From an uncultured Candidatus Saccharibacteria bacterium (GTDB taxonomy: Bacteria > Patescibacteriota > Doudnabacteria > UBA920): 64,000 nucleotides of DNA. Position 1 is the first letter of the stretch, and each line of letters starts with the position of its first letter. The stretch lies in the NCBI GenBank assembly GCA_964505635.1, contig CAZDIP010000001.1:222412-286411 (forward strand), in the 5' to 3' direction. Below, one piece after another: positions 1 through 10,287 of this stretch. A model generated the notes under the pieces. It made no database searches. It had not been told where the DNA came from and worked only from the letters and a program-made list of their open reading frames with translations. The translations under genes and the position numbers were made by a program.

Positions 1-1182
1 ATTTTAGTGCTGGCTAGTGAAGAAAGAGCAGGGGAGAAAGCACAACAAGTTGCCAATAAAATTAAACATAAGTACCAAACCGAATTTTTTAAACTTTTCA
101 TTACCGCGCACCCTGACGGATTAGAAGGTGAAATAAAAGGCAAAAGCGCTAATGCCAGCTATGCTGTAAAATCCATGCTGCCAATTTTAGATAATTTAGG
201 CATTAACCATGAGCATGTTTTGGTTTCCAATTTTGACTCCGACACAATTATTCACCCTCAATATTTTGCCAGAGTCATGTACGAATTTATATTTTCTGAC
301 AAGCCTTACCAAAAAAGCTATCAACCGATAGCAATATACAACAACAATATCTGGGACAGTCCGGCTATTGTCCGAGTCGTAAGCGTTTCTAACTCTTTTT
401 GGCAATTTACCGAAAGTTCCAGACCGGATCGGTTAAGAACTTTTTCTTCCCATACAATGACTTTAAAGGCGTTAAAAGAGGTGGGTTTTTGGAAAAAAGA
501 CATTGTTAATGAAGATGGTTATATTTATTGGCAGTGTTATTTGCATTATGAAGGCGACTACGGGGTGGTGCCGTTATTTATCCCCATAAGCCTAGATACC
601 TGTTTGGCTCAAACAACCTGGGAAACCTTAAAAAATCAATATAAACAAAAAAGACGCTGGGCTTATAATGTCGAATACTATCCCCATTTAATTATGCCTT
701 TGCTCAAAAGTAAGGCTCCTTTACACGACAGGCTCTATAAACTGTTTCAATACATGGAAGGTAATTTTAACTGGGCCACTGCCAGCTTGATGATTTCAAC
801 TTTAGGGTGGATGCCCTTGCTTATTGGTGGAAGTGATTTTAGAAACAGCGTAGTAGGTTTTAATCTGCCGCTTATGACAAAAACCCTTATGAATACTGCG
901 CTGGTTTTTTTAATCTTTAGTGTTTATATTAATATGATTCTATTGCCCCCCAGGCCAAAAAAATACGGCAAAAGCAAAACCATTGCCATGTATTTACAAT
1001 GGTTTTTGGTGCCTTTAACTTCGGTGGTTTTTGGGAGCTTACCGGCTATTGAAGCCCAAACCCGACTTATGCTAGGAAAATATTTAGAATTTTGGGTCAC
1101 TCCCAAAGCCCGCAAAGGGGAAAATACAGCGTTGTCTATGAAAGAAATGCAGTCAGCTTCAGACTTAAAAATTAGTCAATGA
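1..1182 (+). CDS. Family 2 glycosyltransferase (processive, cellulose/chitin-synthase-like), 5'-truncated at window edge, C-terminal multi-TM region
   Basis: The reading frame is open to nt 1. It has a DxD (NFDSDT), a TED-like (VNEDGY) and a QxxRW (QKRRW) motif, followed by hydrophobic C-terminal helices. Confidence 0.7.
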   Translation: MLVLASEERAGEKAQQVANKIKHKYQTEFFKLFITAHPDGLEGEIKGKSANASYAVKSMLPILDNLGINHEHVLVSNFDSDTIIHPQYFARVMYEFIFSDKPYQKSYQPIAIYNNNIWDSPAIVRVVSVSNSFWQFTESSRPDRLRTFSSHTMTLKALKEVGFWKKDIVNEDGYIYWQCYLHYEGDYGVVPLFIPISLDTCLAQTTWETLKNQYKQKRRWAYNVEYYPHLIMPLLKSKAPLHDRLYKLFQYMEGNFNWATASLMISTLGWMPLLIGGSDFRNSVVGFNLPLMTKTLMNTALVFLIFSVYINMILLPPRPKKYGKSKTIAMYLQWFLVPLTSVVFGSLPAIEAQTRLMLGKYLEFWVTPKARKGENTALSMKEMQSASDLKISQ

Positions 1183-2255
1183 GGTATCTTATTTTTTTCA
1201 CGTTAAGTTTTATTTCTTCAGCCTTACTAACCCACTGGGTCAGAAAACTGGCTTACAAATTTAATATTCTTGATCTTCCGAATGCAAACAGAAAAATCCA
1301 CAAAAAACCCATACCTTTGTTAGGAGGGTTGGGTATATTTGGATCCTTCTTTTTTATTGTATTTCTATATTTAATTTACAGTAAAGTGGATTTTTCAATT
1401 ATCCCCTTAAAATATTTTTACGGGATTTTGCTGGGGGGTGCTGTTTTAATAACCGGGGGAGCAATGGACGATAAATTTAACCTTCCCGCAAAAATCACCT
1501 GGATATTTCCAGCTCTGGCAAGCCTGATTGCCATTTATTTTGGCATAGGCGGCAATCTTACACAAATTTCTAATCCATTTGGGGGCGTGATTGATTTTAA
1601 TTTAACCCTGAACCTATTTAACTTTATAAATTTCAGTCTTGGATGGTTGGTGGTTTTTTTATGGTTAATGGGTATGATTTACACAACCAAATTCCTTGAT
1701 GGTTTAGACGGCTTAAGCAGCGGAATAAGTTTGATTGGCGGACTTACCTTGTTTGCGCTTTCATTGCTGCCGCATATCAATCAAAATATTACGGCAAGTT
1801 TAGCCATAATTTTTTGTGGAACCTTGGCAGGTTTTTTAATTTTTAACTTTCATCCAGCCTCAATTTTCTTAGGCGAAGGGGGAAGCACTTTACTGGGCTT
1901 TATTCTTGGTATACTTTCAATTATTCTAGGCGGAAAAATAGCTACCGCCCTTTTAGTAATGGGTATTCCCATACTTGATGTGGCCTGGGTTATTACAAGA
2001 CGGATTTGGTATAAAGGCAGTCCCTTTAAGGCCGACCGCAAACATTTACATTTTAGGTTACTGGATTTGGGATTTTCCCAACCTCAAGCCGTTGGAATAC
2101 TATGGTCAATATCCGGAATTTTTGGCTTTATGGCCATATTTTTACAATCTAAGGGTAAACTGATAGCTTTGGGCGGGGTTTTTGTAGTCATGCTGATTTT
2201 AGCTATTTCAGTCGTCTTGCTGTACAAACATAAGCATCCGTACATTGAAAAATAA
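1179..2255 (+). CDS. WecA/MraY-family polyprenyl-phosphate N-acetylhexosamine-1-phosphate transferase
   Basis: A polytopic membrane protein with the PIPLLGGLGIF, DDKFNL and NFINF...DGLDGLS motifs typical of the MraY/WecA family. Its start overlaps the upstream GT2 stop. Confidence 0.7.
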   Translation: MRYLIFFTLSFISSALLTHWVRKLAYKFNILDLPNANRKIHKKPIPLLGGLGIFGSFFFIVFLYLIYSKVDFSIIPLKYFYGILLGGAVLITGGAMDDKFNLPAKITWIFPALASLIAIYFGIGGNLTQISNPFGGVIDFNLTLNLFNFINFSLGWLVVFLWLMGMIYTTKFLDGLDGLSSGISLIGGLTLFALSLLPHINQNITASLAIIFCGTLAGFLIFNFHPASIFLGEGGSTLLGFILGILSIILGGKIATALLVMGIPILDVAWVITRRIWYKGSPFKADRKHLHFRLLDLGFSQPQAVGILWSISGIFGFMAIFLQSKGKLIALGGVFVVMLILAISVVLLYKHKHPYIEK

Positions 2256-2357
2256 CAATATTTATACGGTTGACTTAAACCTTTAAAACTGCTAAAATAT
2301 TAAAGTTAATTATTGACTTAGGCTGTCTACAGGTTGGGCGGCATTAATTACAAAAAG

Positions 2358-2666
2358 ATGAATTTCGCTATAATTCAAACCGGCGGAAAACAATATATTG
2401 TTAAAGCTGGTGACAAAATTCAAATAGAAAAGCTTAAATTAGGCACAGGAGACAGTGTTAAATTTGACAAGGTCTTGTTTACCTTTAACGGAAAGGATGT
2501 AGAAATCGGCAAACCTTATGTTGCCGGGTCTAAAGTTGAAGGTAAAGTAATTAAGCAAGCCAGGGCAAAAAAGATCCATGTCTTAAAATACAGGGCTAAA
2601 AGCAAATATAGGCGCAAAATCGGCCAAAGACAGTATTATACAGAAGTAGAAATTACAAAAATTTAA
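2358..2666 (+). CDS. rplU: 50S ribosomal protein L21
   Basis: The sequence MNFAIIQTGGKQYIVKAGD... is a typical L21 N-terminus with a basic C-terminus. I take the start at the internal Met of the 2334 ORF. Confidence 0.85.
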   Translation: MNFAIIQTGGKQYIVKAGDKIQIEKLKLGTGDSVKFDKVLFTFNGKDVEIGKPYVAGSKVEGKVIKQARAKKIHVLKYRAKSKYRRKIGQRQYYTEVEITKI

Positions 2667-2674
2667 AGTTTATA

Positions 2675-2705
2675 AACCGCCCATTACCAGGGCGGTTTAT
2701 TTTAT
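2675..2705. terminator. Rho-independent terminator (bidirectional, between rplU and the convergent methyltransferase gene)
   Basis: The stem aaccgccc/gggcggtt has loop attacca and is followed by a T-rich tract. Confidence 0.6.
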
Positions 2706-2709
2706 TATT

Positions 2710-3354
2710 TCAGAGCTTTGTAACTTCCCAAACTTCGCATCTTGGTAAAACATCAGCGACAAAATCCCATTCAGCATCTTTATAATTTAATTTTTTCGCA
2801 TTCAGCAAATCAACTCTTTTCATTTCACGTCTTAACAGCCTGACTTTATAACTTTTAGAACTTTTTAAATCATTGAGTAATTTTTTATAAGATTCCAGAC
2901 CATAAACAATTAAGTCGGTATAAATTAACATTCTGCCTCCACTTTTTAAAACCCTTAAAGCTTCTTGCAAATATTTTTTTCGCTCTGTATAAAAAACCAA
3001 TTTCGGATTTCCGCTCAGCAGTTTACGCTTTATAAAACCAGATAAATTCTTGACCAAAAGTTTTTTGCTTTCTCGATCCCATAACCAGTGCAAAGGGGCG
3101 GAAAAAAAATTTCCTACAATTATTTTATCAAATTCTCCTTGACCAAAAGGTAATTTTTTTGCATCGCAAATCTTGAAAGTACAAGAAAAAGTTTTTTTTG
3201 TATTCTTAAAATATTCCGCGATTTTTAGTTTAGCTCTAATAAGTCGCTGGTCGTTAACTTCTGCCAAAAAATATTCGTCCTCAGGTCTGAATTTAATATC
3301 ATATCTTAAAAAATACGGGTTTTCTCCGGCACCTAAGTCTAATATTTTTTCCAT
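2710..3354 (-). CDS. Class I SAM-dependent methyltransferase
   Basis: It has an LDLGAGENP glycine-rich SAM motif and an LKSGGRMLIYTD motif II-like segment. Confidence 0.6.
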   Translation of the reverse strand: MEKILDLGAGENPYFLRYDIKFRPEDEYFLAEVNDQRLIRAKLKIAEYFKNTKKTFSCTFKICDAKKLPFGQGEFDKIIVGNFFSAPLHWLWDRESKKLLVKNLSGFIKRKLLSGNPKLVFYTERKKYLQEALRVLKSGGRMLIYTDLIVYGLESYKKLLNDLKSSKSYKVRLLRREMKRVDLLNAKKLNYKDAEWDFVADVLPRCEVWEVTKL

Positions 3355-3966
3355 TTAAAATTCCCTTCGGCCTTCCATGGCTCTAGTTAGTGTTATTTCG
3401 TCCGCATATTCCAAATCACCACCCATAGGCAAACCACGGGCAATGCGCGTAATTGTAATGTTAGGGAGGTCGGATTTAATTCTTTTAGCCAAATGCATGG
3501 CCGTAGTTTCTCCTTCTAAAGAAGGGTTAGTAGCTAAAATGATTTCTTTAATTTGACTATTTTTTTCCTTCAATCTTACAATTAAGGACTCTATATTTAA
3601 TTTTTCAGGTCCGATCCCTTCAAGTGGATTTAAAACGCCTCCAAGCACATGGAATAATCCCCTAAAAGTACCCGCTTTGTCTATAGCTAACGCGTCCAAG
3701 GGCTCTTCCACCACGCATAAAATACTCTGTTCCCTGGTTTTATCTGAGCAAATCTCGCACGGGTCAGTTTCCACCATATTGTGGCAAATACCGCAAAACA
3801 CCACTCCGTTTTTTAAATTGCTTACTGCCGACGAAAGTTCTGCTAAATCTATATTGTCCCTTTTCAACAAAAAAAAGCCAAGTCTTTGAGCGGTTTTAGG
3901 GCCTATTCCAGGTAACTTGGAAAGCTCATTTATTAATTTTTGAAGAGAGCTTGGTAGTTTGGTCAT
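3355..3966 (-). CDS. recR: Recombination protein RecR
   Basis: It has an HhH segment (LSKLPGIGPKTAQRL), a C4 zinc finger (CGICHNM...CEIC) and a Toprim domain along the full length. Confidence 0.9.
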   Translation of the reverse strand: MTKLPSSLQKLINELSKLPGIGPKTAQRLGFFLLKRDNIDLAELSSAVSNLKNGVVFCGICHNMVETDPCEICSDKTREQSILCVVEEPLDALAIDKAGTFRGLFHVLGGVLNPLEGIGPEKLNIESLIVRLKEKNSQIKEIILATNPSLEGETTAMHLAKRIKSDLPNITITRIARGLPMGGDLEYADEITLTRAMEGRREF

Positions 3967-4001
3967 TTAAATATTTATAAATAAACCTTAATACTAATCA
4001 A

Positions 4002-5381
4002 TTATTCTGCCTGGCTCGCTGCCTGCATGACTGCTTGCGGGGAAACATCAAAAGTTTTATCCAAATTTTTAAAGGAAGTTTTATCCTGTTCAAAATATAA
4101 ATCCACCTGACCCGTAGGTCCATTTCTGTGTTTTTTTACGTGAATTTCCGCAATATTAGGACGGCGGCTGTCTTTGCCTTTATACATGTCCTCGCGGTAA
4201 ATAAACATAACAACATCTGCGTCCTGTTCAATAGAGCCAGACTCACGAAGGTCGGAAAGTTGAGGTACTTTATCGGGACGGTTTTCCACCCCGCGCGACA
4301 GCTGGGAAAGCGCCAAAACAGGAACATTTAATTCACGGGCCAAAATTTTCAAACTTCGAGAAATTTCAGAGACTTCCTGGACGCGGTTGTCAGTATTATG
4401 GCCTTCCATAAGCTGCAAATAATCAACTACAATTAGCCCCACATTATGCTCCGACTGCAGACGTCTGGCTTTGGTTCTTACTTCCATTATATTACTGCCG
4501 GCTGAGTCATCTATAAAAATTGGCGCTTCTGACAATTGCCCCATGGCTTCGCCGATTTTTTCAAAATCCTCATCGTTTAAATGGCCGGTACGTATTTTCC
4601 ACAAATTAACGTCGCTCTGTGAGGATAAAAGACGATCAACCAACTGGTCTTTGCTCATTTCCAAAGAAAAAATGCCAACCGGAATTTTTAAATTTACCCC
4701 AATATGGCGCATTATATCCAAAGCCAGGCTGGTTTTGCCCATGGAAGGACGCGCAGCCAAAACTATTAAATCGGATTTTTGCATGCCGCCAAGCAAGTTG
4801 TCCATATCAATATAGCCGGTTGACACGCCCCTCAAACTGCCCTTGTCTCTATGTAGTTCGTCTATCCTTTCAAAAGTGGAATGGAGGATTGTAGAAATTG
4901 AAATGAAATTCTGTTTTAAATGCTTTTGCGAAACACCAAATAATTTTTGTTCCGCTGCATCCAAAATATTTTCCACTTCACCCTCTTCCTTATAAGCCAG
5001 GCTGCTGATTTCCCCGGCGGTTTGTATAAGCCTTCTTAAACTGCCTTTCTTTCTTACAATAAAAGCGTAATGGACGACATTATTAGCCGAGGGCACCATA
5101 TTTACCAACTGGGTCAAATAGCTGCTGCCGCCAATAGTTTCCAAAAGTTTCTTTTCTTCAAGCAGGTTCGTAACGGTTAAAATGTCTATGGGGGTATTTT
5201 TTGAAAAAAGTTCAACTGCCGTTTCGTAAATCAGCTTATGCCTATGGTCATAAAAGTCATCTGCTGAGATTACGTCGGCAATTTTTATAATTGCGTCCCT
5301 ATCTAGCATAACGCAGCCCAAAACCGACATTTCTGCTTCGTTGTTTTGAGGAGGAACTCTCTGAACTGTAGAATTATCCAT
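4002..5381 (-). CDS. dnaB: Replicative DNA helicase DnaB
   Basis: It has an N-terminal DnaB domain, Walker A ARPSMGKTSLAL and the GLIVVDYLQLM and SQLSR motifs. The length is normal, so no intein. Confidence 0.9.
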   Translation of the reverse strand: MDNSTVQRVPPQNNEAEMSVLGCVMLDRDAIIKIADVISADDFYDHRHKLIYETAVELFSKNTPIDILTVTNLLEEKKLLETIGGSSYLTQLVNMVPSANNVVHYAFIVRKKGSLRRLIQTAGEISSLAYKEEGEVENILDAAEQKLFGVSQKHLKQNFISISTILHSTFERIDELHRDKGSLRGVSTGYIDMDNLLGGMQKSDLIVLAARPSMGKTSLALDIMRHIGVNLKIPVGIFSLEMSKDQLVDRLLSSQSDVNLWKIRTGHLNDEDFEKIGEAMGQLSEAPIFIDDSAGSNIMEVRTKARRLQSEHNVGLIVVDYLQLMEGHNTDNRVQEVSEISRSLKILARELNVPVLALSQLSRGVENRPDKVPQLSDLRESGSIEQDADVVMFIYREDMYKGKDSRRPNIAEIHVKKHRNGPTGQVDLYFEQDKTSFKNLDKTFDVSPQAVMQAASQAE

Positions 5382-5548
5382 AAAAAATAACTAGAATATT
5401 TATAGTTAATTATAACTAAAGTTAAACATTTTTAAAACAGTAAAAAAGCCCTTGTTTAAGGGCTAAACTGCATAAGTTGTGCAGAAATAGGGGACAAATA
5501 AACTCATAAAATGCTAAAATAAGAAAAATTAACACTTTATTTAATTTA

Positions 5549-5863
5549 ATGTCCTCCGAAATAAAAAACGGCGAACCAGCCGAAAAACCAGAAGCCCCGT
5601 CAATTACTTGGACAAAAACCGTTTTGGATAGGTGTGAAAGGCTAATTAATGACCCGACTGAATATAAACCAAAAACATTTTATGACCCAGTTATGCAGAC
5701 TATTGAAAATGAGTTAATACCGAGGCTAAAAATTGCGCCTTACCAAAATAAAGTTATTGTAAGAAATTTGCTTTTGGAATTTCTAAGTAAATACGAAGCA
5801 AGTTTGCCGGCAAGTGTTATTGACAAATTATCTCAGCTATCTACTGAGACAATAGAAAAGTAA
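5549..5863 (+). CDS. Hypothetical small protein
   Basis: A 104-aa ORF divergent from dnaB with no recognisable motifs. Confidence 0.35.
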   Translation: MSSEIKNGEPAEKPEAPSITWTKTVLDRCERLINDPTEYKPKTFYDPVMQTIENELIPRLKIAPYQNKVIVRNLLLEFLSKYEASLPASVIDKLSQLSTETIEK

Positions 5864-5873
5864 CAAGTAAATC

Positions 5874-7214
5874 TTACTTTTTACTTGCCTTCTGTCCTTG
5901 CGGGGTATCTTTGACTTCGTACCCCAAAGACTCGATCTTTAACCTTAATTCATCTGATTTTTGGAAGTCTTTAGCATCCCTGGCCGCCTGGCGCTCAGCT
6001 AAAAGTTTTTCAACTTTTTCTGGTAAGGGTTCTTGGACTTTTTCGTTAAAAAAATTGAGGCCAAAAACTTGATCAGGGCTAACGTTTCCATCATGCAGTT
6101 TAAAACTTAATCCAAGAGCCTTAGGTATGTTCAAATTATCATTTAACGCATCAGTAACCTCAGCGTAAACTTTATCTTCCTCATAATTATCTGTCCGTTG
6201 GGTAATCAGACGATCGGTTTTTTTAAAAGTATCTATGAGGAAGTTCATCTGCGTTTGATAGTGTGCGCCACAGAGTGTGGATCTTAATACATTTCCAGCA
6301 ATTGGATTAAATGCTTCCAGATCTTTTAAAGTATAAAAATTTCCCGCACTCTTTGCCATTTTTCTGCCATCTACCAACAAATGTTCGGAATGAAACCAAT
6401 GATGCACAAAATTACCTTTACCTAGCAAGGCTTGGCTTTGTGCTATTTCATTGGTGTGGTGGGGGAATATTAAATCTACGCCGCCTGTGTGAATGTCTGT
6501 CGGTTCGCCATTAAATGCGACTTTGTTTATAACCGAGCATTCAATATGCCAGCCCGGACGGCCTTTGCCCAAAGTTTCGTGATCCCAATATATATTTCCA
6601 TCAGTCTCTGGGTTATATGCTTTCCATAAAGCAAAATCTGACAAATTGTCTTTTTCATACTCGTCTACTGCCACACGAGCGCCAACTTTTTTGCCTTCTA
6701 TAAATTTCTCTCCAACCAGTTGGCCGTAGTCGCCAAAATCTTTTTGGTATTTTTCAATACTAAAATAAGTACTGCCGTCTTCGGCTTTATATGCATAACC
6801 CTTGTTAATTAGCTCAACAATAAACTCCTGGATTTCCGGCATCTTTTCCGTCACGCGAACAAACTCTATTTCATCTACTAACACGTTAACTTCGCGCAGG
6901 TCGCTAATAAAAGCCAAACGGTATTCTTCTGTAAAATCAAACAATTCTTTTACCCCGGCGTTTTCCCCATATTTCTCAATAGTCCCTTTTATAGTTTTGT
7001 CGTCAATATCCGTTAAATTCATAACCCAGCGTGGCTGATAGCTGTCATATTTAAGCGTACGGTAGAGCAAATCTGCCAAAATAAAACTGCGCAAATTACC
7101 AATATGGGCATAATTATATATAGTTGGACCGCAAGTATACATATTAAAATTGCGGTTTTGGGGCTTTTGAATTTCTTCGATTTCCTTTGTTAAAGTGTTG
7201 TAGAGTTTTAGCAT
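5874..7214 (-). CDS. cysS: Cysteinyl-tRNA synthetase
   Basis: It has the HIGN (HIGH-type) and KMAKS motifs, a zinc-binding Cys/His pattern and the C-terminal anticodon-binding region. Confidence 0.9.
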   Translation of the reverse strand: MLKLYNTLTKEIEEIQKPQNRNFNMYTCGPTIYNYAHIGNLRSFILADLLYRTLKYDSYQPRWVMNLTDIDDKTIKGTIEKYGENAGVKELFDFTEEYRLAFISDLREVNVLVDEIEFVRVTEKMPEIQEFIVELINKGYAYKAEDGSTYFSIEKYQKDFGDYGQLVGEKFIEGKKVGARVAVDEYEKDNLSDFALWKAYNPETDGNIYWDHETLGKGRPGWHIECSVINKVAFNGEPTDIHTGGVDLIFPHHTNEIAQSQALLGKGNFVHHWFHSEHLLVDGRKMAKSAGNFYTLKDLEAFNPIAGNVLRSTLCGAHYQTQMNFLIDTFKKTDRLITQRTDNYEEDKVYAEVTDALNDNLNIPKALGLSFKLHDGNVSPDQVFGLNFFNEKVQEPLPEKVEKLLAERQAARDAKDFQKSDELRLKIESLGYEVKDTPQGQKASKK

Positions 7215-7304
7215 AAAAGCATTATATCAAATATCAATAAAAACAACGATGGGCATTTTCTGTTTAAGCAGAAAATGCCCATCTGATATAAAGCTAAAAA
7301 TAGG

Positions 7305-9008
7305 TTAGACGATTGCCTCTAAATGACCTTTGCGTAATTTTTTTAATGCGCTTAAGGTATTTGCTTCCTCTAAAATCTTTGCCAAATGCAGGCCGCCAAT
7401 AAAGTGAGGGGAAAGTACATAGTCAACACCGTTTTCGTACAGGTACTTGCTTTCAAAATCGTTTTGCGCTGTAAAAATTGTCTTAGGCTTTCTTGGATAT
7501 TGCTTCAAAGCTGCCAAAAGACTCAGGTTATCGTCTAAGTCAGGTACGGTAGATATAATTAATTTTGCCTTATTTAAATTGATCTGTTCTTGAATATATG
7601 GATCGGCAATATCTCCGCAAATAGTAGTTATGCCCGCAAGCTCGTGTTTTAGAGCAATGTGAGGATCAAAATCTACCACAACGAGCTTATGGCTTTTGCT
7701 GCTTAACTCGTGCAAAAATCTGCTGCCTAGACGATTAGCACCCACTAAAATAACATGGCTTTTGAATCCGTCCTCATTAAAAAATTTTTCGGCATTACCA
7801 TTCCCAAAATTAAACCATCTCAAATACGGATGTAAAAAATTATATAAAGGCTTAGTGTACAAAATCATATAGGAAGAAACAGCCATTGTAATTAGACCTA
7901 TAATGGTTATCAGCCCCAAAATATCCCCGGAAACATGGCCGAGACGGTTGGCCAAAGCAATAACCACAAAGCTAAATTCACTAATTTGAGCTGTTGTAAC
8001 AGCAGCAAAAAAAGATGTTCTGGGTGTATAGCCTAAATAACCCATAATCAACATCATTAAAAAGGGCTGAACGAGTATTACAAACAAACTGAAAATCACG
8101 GCCGGCAAAAGCATAGACAACACTCCGGCAAAAGCCAGCTTAGTACCGAATACAATAAAAAATAAGATTAAGAAAAAATCCCGCAAATACTTTATGCGAG
8201 CAGAAATCTCATAATGAACCTGTGTGCTAGCCAAGCTTAAGCCAGCAACAAAGCCCCCAACTTCCAACGAAAACCCAACGGCTGGAAAAGACATAAAAGA
8301 GGCAAGGCCCAAAGCCCAGGCCAAAGCAAAAATCATAAGTAGTTCATCTGACTGGCCGAACCTGTTTAAAAATTTAGGCATTACTTTTTTACTTATCCAT
8401 GACAAAAGTAAGACTAAAATCAAAACCTTAACGCTCATAGCGAGTAAATACTGCCATGTGGGAAGACTTCTAAAAATATCAACCCCCATTTCATGCCCAC
8501 CGGCCCCGCCCAAAAACAAAAGGATAGCCAAAGCTGCAAAATCCTGAATGATTAAAAATCCTACTGTAATTCTGGCATATAAACTTTGTAAATCCTTTTT
8601 ATCCGAAAGTAATTTAACAACAATAATTGTTGAGGAAAAAGTGAGTGCGATGGCTATGTACCAAGCCGTAACATTTGAAAAACCAAAGGCAAGGCTTATT
8701 AAATAACCCAAAGCCGCAGTTAAAACCATGTGCCCTATGCCTGTATAAATCGCCACCTTACCCAATTGGCGAATTCGTTTTATATCCAATTCCAAGCCGA
8801 CCATAAACAGCAGCAAAGTTATGCCGATTTGCCCCAGTGAATCCAATACTTCCTTATGTTCAAGCTGAATATACCCCAAAGGCCCGACTATAAGCCCGGT
8901 TAAAATAAAGGCTATAACACTGGGTTGCTTAAGCCAGCTTACCAGCACGGCAATTAAGCCGGCCAAAACTAAAACCCCGGTAATTTGATAAAAAATAGTT
9001 TGATCCAA
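7305..9008 (-). CDS. CPA2 monovalent cation:proton antiporter (Kef-type) with C-terminal TrkA-N (NAD-binding) domain
   Basis: About 12 TM helices are followed by a Rossmann motif VILVGANRLGSRF. Confidence 0.75.
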   Translation of the reverse strand: MDQTIFYQITGVLVLAGLIAVLVSWLKQPSVIAFILTGLIVGPLGYIQLEHKEVLDSLGQIGITLLLFMVGLELDIKRIRQLGKVAIYTGIGHMVLTAALGYLISLAFGFSNVTAWYIAIALTFSSTIIVVKLLSDKKDLQSLYARITVGFLIIQDFAALAILLFLGGAGGHEMGVDIFRSLPTWQYLLAMSVKVLILVLLLSWISKKVMPKFLNRFGQSDELLMIFALAWALGLASFMSFPAVGFSLEVGGFVAGLSLASTQVHYEISARIKYLRDFFLILFFIVFGTKLAFAGVLSMLLPAVIFSLFVILVQPFLMMLIMGYLGYTPRTSFFAAVTTAQISEFSFVVIALANRLGHVSGDILGLITIIGLITMAVSSYMILYTKPLYNFLHPYLRWFNFGNGNAEKFFNEDGFKSHVILVGANRLGSRFLHELSSKSHKLVVVDFDPHIALKHELAGITTICGDIADPYIQEQINLNKAKLIISTVPDLDDNLSLLAALKQYPRKPKTIFTAQNDFESKYLYENGVDYVLSPHFIGGLHLAKILEEANTLSALKKLRKGHLEAIV

Positions 9009-9088
9009 TTTTGTTTCAATATGAAATATTTTTATTATTTTATCACAATCTTGTCAAAATCCCCAAATTATTGTAAAATAAGACATCT

Positions 9089-9661
9089 ATGGAATTAAGT
9101 ACCATTTTTTTTATTGGTCCCCAAGGATCAGGCAAAGGCACGCAAGCGCGGGCCTTGGCAGAGCGCCTTGGGTTTTTTTATTGGGAGATGGGGGCTATTT
9201 TAAGAGCCATGCGAAACGAAAAGGGTGATTTGGCTAAGCAAGTTACAGAACTTATTGACCAAGGATTCCTACTGACCGATGACATGCTTTTGCAGGTAGT
9301 AAAACAAAAATTATCCATGATTCCAACACAAAAAGGCGTGATTTTTGACGGTATTCCAAGGCGCTTGGGCCAAGCCCAATTTTTGCTCAACGAATTAAAA
9401 AAACAGGGGAGGAAAAATTTTGTAAGTCTGTTTGTCAACTTACCAAAAAGTGAAAGTTTGAGCAGGTTGCTGCTTCGGGCTCAAAAAGAACACAGAGCGG
9501 ACGATACTAAAGAAAAAATAGAATTCCGCTTAAAGCAATACGAGAAAGACACCCTTCCAGTCTTAGATTTTTTAAAGGAAAATACTGCTTTTTTTGAAAT
9601 TGATGGCACGCCCGGTATTGAGACGGTTAAGGAAAATATTAACAAAATTTTACAATTATAA
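9089..9661 (+). CDS. adk: Adenylate kinase (short, LID-less type)
   Basis: It has the P-loop GPQGSGKGTQA, the NMP-binding region and DGIPRR, and sits immediately upstream of map as in the spc operon. Confidence 0.85.
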   Translation: MELSTIFFIGPQGSGKGTQARALAERLGFFYWEMGAILRAMRNEKGDLAKQVTELIDQGFLLTDDMLLQVVKQKLSMIPTQKGVIFDGIPRRLGQAQFLLNELKKQGRKNFVSLFVNLPKSESLSRLLLRAQKEHRADDTKEKIEFRLKQYEKDTLPVLDFLKENTAFFEIDGTPGIETVKENINKILQL

Positions 9662-9672
9662 TTTTATACCGC

Positions 9673-10287
9673 ATGCCTAAAAGCAAAACTTTAAATTTAA
9701 TTTTGTTGGGTGATCCGGCTGCGGGCAAAGCTACCCATGCCAAATATTTATGCCAGGCATTTAATATGTACGACTTGGATATGGGCAAGGAATTAAGAAA
9801 TATTAAAGACGCTAATAAAAAAAAGAGTTTGGGTTTAGACAAAACTCTAGACAAAGGAAAATTAACGCCTACGCAAGTTGTAAGAAAAATTCTGCATGAC
9901 AAAATCCATGGTACGCCAAAAACCAAAGGCATTCTTTTTGACGGGACGCCGAAAATGATAGGCGAGGCCAAGCTGGTAGTTAAGTGGCTTAAAGCAGAAC
10001 AACGGACAAAACCTCTGGTTATTTATATGTCCATTCCCATGAAAGAAACAGTCAAAAGAATGACGGAGCGCAAAGAAGACTTTAAAGGCAAATTTTCCCG
10101 CCGCGCTGACGACGATATAAAGGCTTTGCAAAATCGGGTAAAATATTACCGCGAAAATATTTCTGAAGTTGTAAAATATTTCAAAACAATATATGAATTT
10201 AAAAAAATATCTTCCAACGCCCCGGTACCAAAAGTAAGAAAAATTTTAGTGAAATTAATATCAGATCATGCCAAAAGGATTAATTAA
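9673..10287 (+). CDS. Second NMP/adenylate kinase-like paralog
   Basis: It has the P-loop LLGDPAAGKAT and FDGTPK (a DGFPR-like motif) and lies in tandem with adk. Confidence 0.6.
   Translation: MPKSKTLNLILLGDPAAGKATHAKYLCQAFNMYDLDMGKELRNIKDANKKKSLGLDKTLDKGKLTPTQVVRKILHDKIHGTPKTKGILFDGTPKMIGEAKLVVKWLKAEQRTKPLVIYMSIPMKETVKRMTERKEDFKGKFSRRADDDIKALQNRVKYYRENISEVVKYFKTIYEFKKISSNAPVPKVRKILVKLISDHAKRIN

Noticed and set aside
196-1115. Small antisense ORFs (196-405, 321-503, 924-1115) inside the GT2 gene
   Set aside because: They are entirely nested antisense to a gene with clear GT2 motifs, and have no RBS or motifs.
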